From Plasmodiophora brassicae (taxonomy: Eukaryota): a stretch of DNA of 64,000 nt. The notes beneath the pieces were generated by a model. It ran no database searches. It worked only from the letters and a program-made list of their open reading frames with translations, and was not told the origin of the DNA. This document shows positions 11,123-22,834 of the stretch, piece by piece; the first letter of the stretch is position 1; each line of letters starts with the position of its first letter. A program made the position numbers and the translations under genes. The stretch spans positions 62,001 through 126,000 of the forward strand of contig CP145410.1 in the NCBI GenBank assembly GCA_036867785.1. The letters run 5' to 3'.

Positions 11123-13235
11123 CTACGACCTGCCCCTCCGGCGCTCCTCGCGAAGTCGGGCGCGCTCCTCCTTGCGTTTCCGTCGTTCCTCCCGCAGGCG
11201 TCGTCGATCCGACTTGGAGAGTGGCGCATCGCCGGCAGGGTCCACCTTATCGACCTTGGACGAGGTGTCGGTGGACGGCGCCAGCCGGATTGGATCCTCG
11301 GGGCTGAGCGAATGGCCACCGAGGGCCGCCTTTAATCTCGACCACGCTCTGCCCGCGTCCGACGCTTCACACGTCCTATCGCGCGCATTCGTGTCCCGAT
11401 CGTCGGCGTCATCGTTCGGATCCGCAGCGCGACGACCTTCCTGAACGTGATCGTCGTCATCGCTCTCGATGCCGTCTTCGTCAGGCGGTCCGTCTTCACG
11501 GTCGATGGCACCGACTTGATGCGCGGCGCTCACGCTTCGATCGATGTCGATATCGCTTTCACTGCTGCTTTGGGACGCGTCGCCCCGGCCGCCGACACGA
11601 TCGGCACCGTCGCCAGCACCCTTGGCAACGCCATCCACTTCAGGTTGCCCAGACATGGATAACTCATCCGTTTCCAAATCGACGTCGTCGCCATCGTCAT
11701 CGCGTGCAGAGTGAACATCATCTTGACAACGTCGATCAGCAGCGCCGGCACCAGGTGATTCCCCATCCGTGGCGTCCTCGTCGTGCACGTCACTAGCGTT
11801 GCCTTGGCATTCACCGCGGTCAACCTCGCCGTCGTCATCGTCACTAGCGTCGCCATTGGCATTGTCTTCGCGTTCGCCGAGGTCAACCACGCTGCCGTCA
11901 TCGTAACTAGCGCTGCTTTCGCAAACGTCCTCATCGCAACCAGCAGCCGACTTGCTATGCGCTACGTCGTCGTCGCCGTCATCCTGACCGACACTGGCGT
12001 CGCCTTTGTACAGCGCATCGCCACATCCAGTAACGGCAACGTGCCGGTCGCCAGCAGGTGCTTCTCGATCGAGTGACGACGCGTCGTCGTCACTGATCGT
12101 CTTCGCCGCCTGCGTCGTGCCGCTGACCAGTTCATCGCGGCCAACAGGTTTCGCGAACAGGGGCGGAACCGGTTCCGTGTCGGCTGTGACATCGTCATCC
12201 CCATTCGCAGGCGCCTCCGATTCGCTGCCATTCGCTTGGCGAGACCCCTGGGCAGGGCCTTCAACCTGATCGTCGGCCACCTGCTGAGCGAGCTTCCGAC
12301 GCTTGGGCTCGGGTTTGACGTCTCCCATGCCTGCGCTGTACGTCACCGGCAAACGCGTCCGTCGCTTCGCTTTTCGGCCTTCCCGCCGGCGCTCGTCTTC
12401 GTGGATCAAGTCTTCCACTTCCATCACGTCCGGGTCGCATTCGTACTCGCATCCCATCTTCAGCACCTTGACGTCCTTGGTGCCCTTTGGATTCGCGTGC
12501 CGCATCCCTCGGAAGACGTGAATCTGAGCACGCGTCTCGTCAGCGGACAGCGACGCCGACGCCGCTCAACCGTACCATGTTCGTGCCCAGCTCCTTCATG
12601 CGAATCAGTTCGTACCCGAGACGAGCCGGTTTACGTGCAGCGATGGCGGCCTTTCGCCCTTCGACGAGCATCGGCTTGCCCGTCTCGTCAACGATGCCCA
12701 GCACCAGGAATCGCCTGACCTCCCGCTCCGCCGTTTCCCTACACGGAAACGCGCGTCCACGATCAGCACATTACAAGACGCGCACGCGCCAAGGCCCTCA
12801 CATCTCCGTCATGCGTTTCCATTTCTCGCGCAGGTTGTGCTCCGATCGATGCTTCAATTCGCGGCACTGGCGCGAGATCACGTCGAACTCGGCGCCGTAT
12901 TTACGAACCGCCGCCCGCAACGCCTTCTCTTCGGCCTGCGTCCACGGACGCTTCCCAGGGCCATCTGCAGGCGCAGCCTCAGTCAGCGAAACAGACCATC
13001 GCTGTGCAGAGCACCGACGTTGCGGCAGGTGAACCGAGGCGTCCGCCGACCGCGCCGCCAACGTCCGGTACCGACGGCTCAGCTGGGCGGACGTACGCTC
13101 GTCGCGGAACGGGAACGCCCGCAGGATCACGGCCCACTGCCGGCCGTACTCCGCCAGCCCCTGACGCAGCCAGTCGTCCTCGTCGGCCGTGAACGGGATG
13201 CAATGCCGGACGCGGGCGGCGGCACGCGGCGCCAT
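11123..13235 (-). CDS. Protein with two N-terminal Myb/SANT repeats, a long acidic region and a basic tail
   Basis: FTADEDDWLRQGLAEYGRQWAVILRAFPF...RT and WTQAEEKALRAAVRKYG...LREKWKRM; two introns lead into the D/E-rich exon 11123-12505. Confidence 0.75.
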
Positions 13236-13303
13236 CACCGAGGGTCACACGCGCGCGCCAATATTTGCGGACTGCGTGGCTGCACTTTGCAGCGCGTTAC
13301 ATT

Positions 13304-13948
13304 TATGGAATTGTTAAAAACAGAGAATGGCTGGTGGAGTGTAAAATACATGTATTTTACACGTAAAAAACATGTTTAAAACAGCAGGGGGTTGCGCCCC
13401 CTCGCAGTACCCCTTCATACCATATTCACGGTCCTGACAACCTGACCAGGTTTGATGATCTCTTCGTCACCAACTGGGTACAAATGTGTGTCCGAAATCG
13501 CCTCGGCAAGTGTGCCTGGCTCGGCAATGCCAACGAACCCTGCGAACTGCAGTCGAGTTACGTCTTCGTCATCGGAATCATCGTCTGGCTCTTCGTCAAA
13601 GACGTCACGTACTTCCGAACCAAGCGACCCGGTTCAACGTGTGAAAGGGGTCATCTCGCGTATCTTTGTACGGCGATTCATCTGGGCACTTGAATGCGAT
13701 CCCAGTTCCTTGCTCAACGTTGCATCCCGATAGTCGAGCGCGTAGCCGGGAGTGCACGCGGTTGCAGGACTTGTGATTCCGCTCGCCCCCGACGACGACG
13801 ACGCGCACGCACAACGAAGGCTCTGGGATGGATCGGGAAACCCTTACGTTACCTGTATTTTACAGTGTAAAGTTGGTTCCTGAGTGGTGTATTTTACATG
13901 TAAAAAACAGGCTTGTAAAAAACACCCCTTTATTACAACAATTCCATA
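13304..13948. mobile_element. Non-autonomous TIR DNA transposon (MITE-like, 8-bp TSD; hAT- or P-type)
   Basis: Perfect 12-bp TIR TATGGAATTGTT (13304-13315) / AACAATTCCATA (13937-13948); direct repeat GTTACATT at 13296-13303 and 13949-13956; AT-rich subterminal TGTATTTTACA repeats at both ends. Confidence 0.85.
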
Positions 13949-14053
13949 GTTACATTGCGACTGGTGCAGTTTGCAGCGCGTTACATTGCGACTGGGGGGC
14001 GAGGCGTCCACCTGCTGCGCGTCCGGTGTCGAATCCGAGTCTGTACTAGGTAG

Positions 14054-16365
14054 CTAGGTTTCACTGGCTCTGGACGACGACGACCCCCGTAACCGGGTCG
14101 GGGTCGTCGCCGGCGCAGGTCCCGTTTCAGCGGGCGCGGCGGACGGATCCGCTGGGCCGGCGGTGACCATCTCGACGTCGGCCGCCAGCTGGTTGACGAG
14201 CCTCTGCAACCGGTCCAGGGCGTCGTCGTCGTGTTCCGCCCAGGCGGCGCTGTTTTCGCGGCCACTGCCCACGCCCGACGGTGCGCTCTCATCGGCCTGG
14301 ATCTCGTCGTTCAGGTTCGACCGACTGCTGCGGAACCGTGCCGATCGCAACGATGACGGCGCGTGCTTCTCCTTCGCGGCGGGCGGGGCCCCAGGCGCCA
14401 GTTCCGCGTTCTTCTTCGCCATGCTGATCTTGGCTAGGTCGGCCGTCGCCAGGTCGATCAGCAGGTTCGAGACCCCTTCGTGAGCGCCCGCGATCCGCAG
14501 CAGCGCAGCGATGGGCAGGCGTAGGACGACGGCGGCGCTTAGCGCCCGGATGCTGCTGAACCAGGTGGTCGTCAGGAACACGCCCGACTCGCCCAGGCTG
14601 CTGCCCATCGTGTACTTCCGGTAGATCAGCGACGAGTCGCCCGAGGAGACGGCCGCCACCGACCCCTTCCTGACAAAGTACCTGGTTGCAACCGTGAGCC
14701 CAATGTCCCATGTGTGCAGGTGGCGCGGGCCTGCCTACCAGTAGTCGCTGGGGAACCCGTACGTGGCGAGGAATTGCCCGGGCTGGAGGTAGACCTCCTC
14801 GCAGGCGGCGAACAGGTCGGCGCAGAAGTCGTCGTCGTTGACGTGGCGAACGAAGGCGGAGATCTTCAGGACGTCGGCCATCGTGTGCTGGACGATGTCC
14901 TTCTGCAGCCTGGGCGACATGTCGGCCATGAGCGTCGCCCAGTTGTGCGACATCTTCAGCGTGCGCCTGTACAGCGCGTCCATCTCGTGGATCACGCGGA
15001 CCTGGATCGCGGGCGGCAGGTTCTTCTCGGCCAGGAACAGGCTGACCTTGTGCATGCGCTCGCGGTACTCGGCGGACGCCCCGTCCGACGAATGGATCAC
15101 CGACGTCACCGTCGCCGTGATGTACGAGAACGTCGTCGCACCTAGGCAGCACGGGCGCTCTCTGTCGGCCACCTGATAGTTTCCATGGTGCAAACATTGC
15201 TGCGTCGTTACCCAGGGTCATGACGGCCATGGCCACCAGCATCTCGTACCAGGAGTGCCCTTGGACGTCGCCGTACCCGACGGTCGTCAGCGTCTGGAAC
15301 GCCCAATCTGCGCGCATGGCCCGTCAGTGTTGCATTCGGCATTGGCAGCGGCGGCGACGTACAGAGGGAGATGGCGTAGAGGTAGGCGTCGGACGCGTTG
15401 GCCCTGGTGTCGGCGTCCAGCGCGTTGTGCAGCCAGGACAGGTTCGGGTAGTCCTGGAGGCTCTGCGCGCCGACCCGGTACCAGAGGCAGGCGCTGAAGT
15501 GCCCGAACGTGACGACCATGAGCAGGAGCTTCAGCATGCGGACCGAGCCCTGGTGCACGTTCGGGCTGTACTCGAGCTCGTAGAACAGCTTCTGGAAGCG
15601 GTGCGCGCGGAACAGTTTCACGAAGCGCAGGGCGCGCACCATCAGCCGGGGCACCTTCAGGCTCTTGCCGATGGCGTTGATCCCGGCCAGGCTCTGGTAG
15701 TCGTTCTGCGGGATGACCGCCTCGAACGGGAACGACGACAGCAGGTCGACCACGAACCAGGTCCTGGCGTACTGCAGGACGATGCGGCGCGGGTCGGTGA
15801 CCAGGTCGCCGTTCACGTCGTCGTACGCGCTGACGAACGTCAGCAGCATGTCCATCGTGAACATGATGTCGATGACCAAGTCCAGGGTCGTGTACGCGTC
15901 GTCGGGCGTGAACGCCTCCCGTATCGGCAGGTAGATGAGCGTGTACAGCAGCAGGAACGAGAGGCAGACCTCCCAGAACTGGCGGAACGGGTTCGATGGC
16001 AGCAGGACGAACCAGGCCCGGTTGCTGCGTTCGTTCTCCTCCATGGCGGCCCGCAACGCCTCCGTGAACGTGTACATGGCCTGCTGGTCGGCGTCCGCTT
16101 CCCGCTTCTTCCGGACCTCCTCGGCGCCCACCTTGGACGCCGCTAACCGCAGGCGGTTCAGCGCCGCCGACTTGGTCGGGTCCAGTTTGATCTCGCTCTT
16201 CCTGGGCGACGACACGACCTTCTTGCCGGCGCCGGACGCAATGAAGTCCCAGCCGATCTTCGGCGCGGGTGCGGCCGGCGTGTCGGACGCGCCGGCCGCG
16301 GGTGGTGCGGGCATGGGTGTCGCCCATGCGACGCGCTTCGTGCTGGAGCCGCCGCCGTCCAGCAT
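14054..16365 (-). CDS. Voltage-gated K+ channel of the cyclic-nucleotide-binding-domain superfamily (EAG/HCN/plant Shaker-like)
   Basis: S1-S5 helices, WFVVDLLSSFPF, S4-like KVPRLMVRALRFVKLFR, pore WAFQTLTTVGYGD, C-linker and CNBD-like region; 3 introns. Confidence 0.9.
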
Positions 16366-17611
16366 GACGGGGACCGAATGGGATTGCCTCGGCCCAGCAA
16401 GGGTACGACTACGACTGGGTCATATCTTCCAGCACAGCCGACTGCACCGGTGGACTAATCCAGGCACGGTACCATCCGACGTCTTTATCGTGCGTGCAAC
16501 AGTACACAAGCGCACGCTGAGGGGACCAACGCCAAGGTACACGTCGATCGTTATTTACGCGCATTAATGCTCGTGGCTATACCTGGCAAGGCGCGGTATA
16601 GTCGTTGCCGCAGTCTAAAGTCTAAACAGATTAGGTTACCGTTAAAGTCACTGGGCACCGGTCTGCAGCGAGACACGACACACCAGCGGACCATGCATGC
16701 CTTCTGTGTCGAAGGTGCCCATCTATGTACATAGATCGCTGGTTTCCCCACGCGGGTCAACTAAACCACCCAGTGGTATCAGCAACGATGGCACCCTACT
16801 GTAGATAGGTAACTTCTTAATCGTCGAAACACGGTTGCCGGCGCCCAAGTCCCTGGTGCGCTCGTCAGAACTTGTTCGTGAACAGTCATCCAATGGCACT
16901 TTTAGCGCACACGTCGCACGCAGCGACGACATATATGTTGTTTCAAAGGCGCCCTGAACGATCGTGCAGGGGTGAATACCATACAGATTCCTGACGTCAC
17001 CTTTTCGGACACGCCGAACAGTGACCAGGCTCGATAATTAGCTGCTGCCCCGTATACTCCTGACCTTAGGTTGATCCAAAGGGTTGCCTGCGTCGCTGAT
17101 GGTTGCGTCAATTACGACTGTCGCACATGTGCTGATACTGGCCGCCGGCCGGAGTATTCCCCACAGAGATTTGCAGCGAACTTAGGATACGACATGCTAA
17201 CGTCTCTGTGCGGGAGCCTCGACATTGCCAACTTCCGTCCCGTGTGCTCATCCTGCCCTGTTTCGCTCTGCACCCGTCAAGGACTCGAGCGGTATACATA
17301 CGAGCGTTTTGTATGCGTGTGGCTGGATGGAGACCGCCCACATCCGGATCATACGCAGGCGTGGAATTGAGGCGCGTGACGCCGGCCTGACATTGACCTT
17401 CGACACAACGTTGGAATTGATTGCTGTTCGCGGACCGTGCTGGGCGTTGTTCTCAACCGGGAGCGTTGTTCTGAGCCGGGAAGATCGGCTGCAAGGCGCG
17501 CCCAGTGTCGCCTGTTATATGTCAGGCGCCCTAATACTGACGCTGCGGAGTCCGTGGACGGAGTCCGCGACCTGAGCGAGAAACCGATCGGTGTTCCTGT
17601 AGGCGTCGACG

Positions 17612-18095
17612 ATGGGCAAGTTGTAAGTCGAATGCGCCGGTTGTAACGCCCGGGGAACGCGCCATCTGACGTGCTGCTAACAGCATCAAGAGCAAGAAGG
17701 TCGTAATTGTCCTGTCGGGGCGATACGCCGGCCGTAAGGCGGTCGTCGTCAAGACGTTCGACGACGGCCATGCGAAGCGGAAATTCGGCCATGCGCTTGT
17801 CGTCGGTATCGACAAGTACCCGTTGAAGGTGACGAAGGCGATGTCGAAGAACAAGGTTCTGAAGCGATCGAAAGTTAAGCCGTTCATCAAGTACATCAAC
17901 TACCAGCACATCATGCCGACCCGTTACTCGGTCGACATGGACGTGAGCACGTTGGCGTCGACGGCGTCCATGGAGAACGCCGACACACGCAAGGAGGCAC
18001 GGAAGGCCGTCAAGGCCAAGCTTGAGGAGCGCTACCTGAAGGGGTCGAAGCCCCAGTCGGGCATGAACTGGTTCTTCAAGAAGCTCCGATTCTAA
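17612..18095 (+). CDS. RPL27: 60S ribosomal protein L27 (eL27)
   Basis: MGKF|IKSKKVVIVLSGRYAGRKAV ... WFFKKLRF*; intron 17623-17683 (GTAAGT...CTAACAG). Confidence 0.95.
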
Positions 18096-18183
18096 ACATG
18101 TGTCTACCGTCTACTGGACCCGTCGGACCACAAACAATACAGGCAGCGATCGTCCCACTCTACCCAACGCGGTCGTCCCGCGA

Positions 18184-19597
18184 ATGGATTTAGCCGCCGT
18201 CCTCTACGAGGACGCCGATGCCTTCGGCGTCGAACATTTCTTCGAGCTGGCCAGGACGGCCACTGACCTGTCGGTCGACAGGTTCGACCAGTTCCACGTT
18301 AGCCTGCGGTTTACCAGAGACGTGTGCGTATGTTCGGTGTGCTTATTCTGTCACCACAGAATGAGTTCCGCGGCCAGCCCAGCATCACGATGGACGTCTT
18401 TGTCCAGATGCTGACGACGTACCTGTCGGAGCAGAACATGATCGACCTGATGCACCTGGCCACCGATGCGCACAGTAACGTTTGGCGGTGCCAGGCGCTG
18501 CCGCTGACCGTCTCGATAACGTGTGTGCGCCTTGTTATCAGATCGCAGCTTACGCTTCGAAGGCCTCTCCACTGAATGGTCGACCTGGCAGTGATATGGG
18601 TGCACGCCCTTGGCGTAGGCTGACTGGGTCCGACAGGATCGACCTCGTGGAGTCGATCTTTGACGAGCTCGACGTCGGCATGCAGTACTACCTGTCCAGC
18701 AGCGGTAACGCGCTGCCCTGCCGCCCGACGTCCATTGCCATTTCCGCTCTGATGCACGCCTGTAGAGCTGGCGATTCTGTCGTGCGCCATCGCACGAGGC
18801 AGACTCGCCGACTGGCACGACGCGCTCGCGAACGCGTTCCATCTTCTGGACGCCTGTACGCATCGACCTCGTGGGTATCGCCGCGCCGAATCCCAAACCG
18901 ACCCACTGACGGATACGCGTTCGTTGTAGATGCGAAACGGTCTCGTCTGACAAGACGCGGGTTGAAGACGCTGCTGAAGCGGTACAAGGCGACGGTGCCC
19001 GGCCTGCGCGACGCCGACAACGCCCTGAAATCGCTCACTGAGCGATGGCACGCGGCTGGATTCGGTCAGCATCCCGAACACCATCCCGACGCCTCTGGGG
19101 GCTTACCGTAGAACGCCAGGCGATGTATCCATGGTTCAGTTGGCCATCAGTCGGGCGAATCCGGTGGCGAAGGACATCCCAACGAACCGTCGCGAAGGTC
19201 GGCTTGCTGTCCCGTGCCGTCCTGGTCGTAACTTGCCCCATACCCAGGGCTGTCTGCGTTGCTGCTAAGCGAACTGGGGAATCGCGACGCGTCGTCGTTG
19301 CTGAGCCCGACGGCGCCTGGCTACCCGCAGGCGCTGTTCAGGCTGGCGCTGACCGTCTTCCTGCAGTTCAGCCAGGACGCCGGATACTCGATCGCCTACC
19401 GCAACGCGTCCGACCTGCTCGCCGACCCGGTCCTGCGTTGCATCTCGCAGGCGCTGATCAACTACGAGTGCCTGGGCAACGAGGTCGTCACCTTCCTCGC
19501 CAAGCAGTTCGACGACGCGTCTGACACGACGCCGATCGACGACCTGGTCGGCAATGCGGTGTGGATCCCAGTTGAGACGTCCTCGTCTAGCAAATGA
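18184..19597 (+). CDS. Hypothetical multi-exon protein, possibly with degenerate EF-hand-like helices
   Basis: MDLAAVLYED start; coding-biased exons separated by short GT-AG introns; IFDELDVG...YLSSSEL segment; last exon 19259-19597. Confidence 0.55.
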
Positions 19598-19655
19598 GAC
19601 GTCTCCATATCTGTAGTTCTACACTGTTCGTCGTATCGTGCGCTGCTGGCGTGCC

Positions 19656-20039
19656 TCAGTCGGAATCCTCAGGGCCTGACTCGGCGTCGGCATCGTCCGA
19701 ATCCTCCATGACGACGCGCTTTGGTGGTGGGCGCCGGTTGCTGTGGTGCGGCGGCACCGGAGGTGCGGCGCCGTTCGCCGCCGGCGCCTTCCCGCCAAAC
19801 TTCCTGGGCGGATCGGCGTCGGCCGCGGGTTGCGGTGCGGGCGCCGGCGCGTTCACAGACACGGGCGGTCGCCCGCCGATAGGCGGCTTCGCAGGGGCGG
19901 CTTGTGCGGGGACGGCTACACCCAGACACGATCAGATCCAGACATCGGCAGCGGGTCACCGACGCCACTAACTGCGCATGCTCCTGTTCCAACGATCCAA
20001 CTTGACAATGCTGCCCTCATGCACCGCCACACGCCGCAT
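19656..20039 (-). CDS. Small Pro-rich protein with acidic tail, 2 exons, start uncertain
   Basis: MRRVAVHEGSIVKLDRWNRSMR, a GTTAGT...TGTAG intron, then VPAQAAPAKPP...MEDSDDADAESGPEDSD*. Confidence 0.4.
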
Positions 20040-20261
20040 TCGTCGAACGTGCCATGACGTCAACCCGTTGGGCGCGTGCCCATCTGGATAATATGCCCAG
20101 TGGACCGCCGCGGGTACGACGACGGCGACGGGGCGACGCCGTAGTATTAGGGCGCACCCGTATAGATGGGAAGGGCGTCACGGAGTCCGTGACGCAGGCG
20201 GCGCAGCTGAACACAGCCCAGATCCGAGTCGTTACCATCTGAGACGCGCTCGTTTGGCCCG

Positions 20262-20945
20262 ATGGCAAAGCCGGCCGTGAAGACGTCGTCGTCGCGCAAC
20301 CGCGAACTGGCCCGCGGTGTGCCGGCGCTCGGCCGCATCGCCAGCTTCAAGAAGGCCATGCGGTACAAGTACACGAAAGGGAAGCACCAGAAGGTCGAGA
20401 AGGCGCTGCCCGTCAAATCGGACAAGGAGCCGCGAATGTACCCGACGGAGCGGGTGATCAAGCCGCTCCCCAGCCGACGGTCGGTGCAGAAGCCGACGAA
20501 ACTGCGTGCCAGCATTACTCCCGGTACGGTGCTGATCCTGCTGGCTGGGCGCTTCAAAGGCAAACGCGTTGTCTTCCTGAAGCAGCTCGAGTCCGGCCTG
20601 CTCCTGATCACGGGTCCGTTCCAGATCAACGGGGTCCCTCTGCGTCGTGTGTCGCAGGCCTACGTTCTGGCCACGTCGACCAAGGTCGATGTCGAGGCGG
20701 CCATCAAGCTCGCCGAGCCCGTCACCGATGCGTTCTTCGTCAAGCCGGAGGCGCCCGCCAAGAAGGAGTCGGACGAGTTCTTCAAGGCCGACAAGGCTGA
20801 GAAGGCATTGCCGTCCGAGAGGAAGACGCTCCAGGCGTCCATCGACCAGCGGGTCGTGGAGAAGATGGCGCCCATCCTGCGCAAGTACGTTCGCGCCCGT
20901 TTCTCGCTGACGAAAGGGCAGTACCCGCACCAGATGAAGTTCTAA
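20262..20945 (+). CDS. RPL6: 60S ribosomal protein L6 (eL6), intronless
   Basis: LRASITPGTVLILLAGRFKGKRVVFLKQLESGLLLITGPFQINGVPLRRV ... YPHQMKF*. Confidence 0.97.
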   Translation: MAKPAVKTSSSRNRELARGVPALGRIASFKKAMRYKYTKGKHQKVEKALPVKSDKEPRMYPTERVIKPLPSRRSVQKPTKLRASITPGTVLILLAGRFKGKRVVFLKQLESGLLLITGPFQINGVPLRRVSQAYVLATSTKVDVEAAIKLAEPVTDAFFVKPEAPAKKESDEFFKADKAEKALPSERKTLQASIDQRVVEKMAPILRKYVRARFSLTKGQYPHQMKF

Positions 20946-21066
20946 GTTTGCGCCGCCGTTCGGCTGTCCGCAGGCTGCTCGGTCGTCGACGCTGCTCATT
21001 TATACAAAACAACATACATTCCCCACCCGTTTACCATTTCTAAAGCTATACGATATAGAAGTTTGT

Positions 21067-22550
21067 CTAACTTGTGAAGCTTTCCCCGTTGATGAACCGG
21101 GCGATCATGTCCAGGGCGTGTTCGGGTTGGTCGGTGGGTGTCATGTGCCCGGCGTTGAACACGATGACGTACGTCAGCGAGGCGGCGGATCGCACCAGCC
21201 CAGCTGTGACGTTGTTCACTGTCCAGGTCTTGCTCGGTGCCGACGCGAATTGCCGCTTGCCGGCCCATTGCAGATCGGCGCTGGTGAGCAGCGCCTGGAC
21301 GCCCAGATGATTGCACACCCAGTCGAACTAAGCGGCCATTCAGTCACTGGCAATGCACTGGAGCGCTCGCATCAACCTGTCCATTGAAGAGCAGGACCCG
21401 GACATTGTCCAGGGCGTGCGCTAAGCAGGGCAGCGACGTCATCATGTCATCCCCGCGTAACGCGTGGTAGGGAGCGTCGCCATCGCTGAACGCCCTGGAC
21501 CCAACGTACAGTCGCTTGCGAGCGTCCGGCTGCGAGACCCAACGCGCGTACGGCAGGTCGTGTTCGGCGACGTCGCTCGAGAAGTCGCGAACGTCGAACG
21601 GCGAGAAATTGCCGCCTGCCCGGTATATGCCTCGGGCAACGTCGTCCCAGAGGAAGCTGGAGTCGTTGTACCTGGCCAGCGAGATCAGCTCGACGACCTT
21701 CGCCATGCCATCGTCGGCGGCCGCTTTCTGGATTCCGTCGAGCAGGCCCAGGGCGAACGCGTACGACGTGTACGCCGGGATCTGGGTAAGCGGGTCGACC
21801 CATGGCCCACCGATCGCAATGCCCTTCAGGTTCACATGCAGAGCAGGCGTCAGCGGCCACGAACGCCCCCGGTTGCATTCGAGGATTCGGTAGGAGATCT
21901 CAGGGATGAACTTGCCGGCGTACGACTCCCCCGTGATGTACAGGTCCACCTTCAGGTACTGCGGGTGCTGTCGGAACCACCCGTCAAGGAATCGAACGAA
22001 ATCGCTGGCGACCTGAACACGGGCAAACGTCAGTGTGTACAACGCCCGGCGACGGGGACGTACTCGCGCTTGCCTGTTCCTCGCTGGTCGGATATCGCCC
22101 CTGGTCGGTGTAGGAGAACCCGGTACCGACGGGATTGTCCACGTACAGCAGGCTGGCATGCCGAAGCCAGGAGTGCTCCCGTTTGTGAAGGCGCAGATGC
22201 TCGTCGACCGTGTACGGGCCGTTCTCTGTGAACAGGCCGAACAGCGACGAGGACCCCGGGCCACCCTGCAGCCAGATCACCAAGGGCCGCGTCTTATCAG
22301 CGTGCTCAAACGCCCAGTAGAACATGGCCGACTGCTCATCGAGGTCGACGTACCCGGCGTACTGCACGGTGTCGGTCGGCCCCAGACCCGGCAGGTCGTG
22401 CACGCGGCCGGAACGCGCCGCGGGATCGTCGAGCGCGCCGTCCGCATTCAGGACCATGCCCGCCACGATCGCCAGGGCCGTCCCGACGGCAACCACGACC
22501 ATGTCGAGCACCTTTTCGCCCGATGACGACGACGGTACGACCAGGTGCAT
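21067..22550 (-). CDS. Serine carboxypeptidase (peptidase S10) with N-terminal hydrophobic signal/anchor
   Basis: PLVIWLQGGPGSSSLFGLFTENGP, YVDNPVGTGFSY, ITGESYAGK (catalytic Ser) and NAGHMTPTDQP (catalytic His). Confidence 0.92.
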
Positions 22551-22834
22551 TGTGAAACAGGAACGATCCGGGCGGGAGGCGCCCGTTACGTCGCCCATCG
22601 CCCATCATCAGCCATCGGCATCGCAACCTTTCCCGTTTTGGACAGGACCGACGCTGGCGGCGGGCGGGCGTCGTTTTTTGGGTGCGGGCGCGTGCGGGCC
22701 GGGCGCGCGCCCGCACCACTACCCCCACGGGCGTGCGCACCGGACGTGTCTAAATCGGGCGAGAGCGTCTGCCGCTGCCGCGGTGCGCGCGAAAGCACGA
22801 ACATGGCCCTCTTTTATCCAACTGGACGCGTCCG

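Noticed and set aside
16578-16600. U1 snRNA 5' end (TACCTGGCA)
   Set aside because: It lacks ACTTACCTG, and I found no U1 loop or Sm-site motifs downstream.
17612-20945. Ribosomal protein operon (RPL27 and RPL6)
   Set aside because: The genes are separated by two unrelated genes, one on the opposite strand; proximity alone is not evidence.
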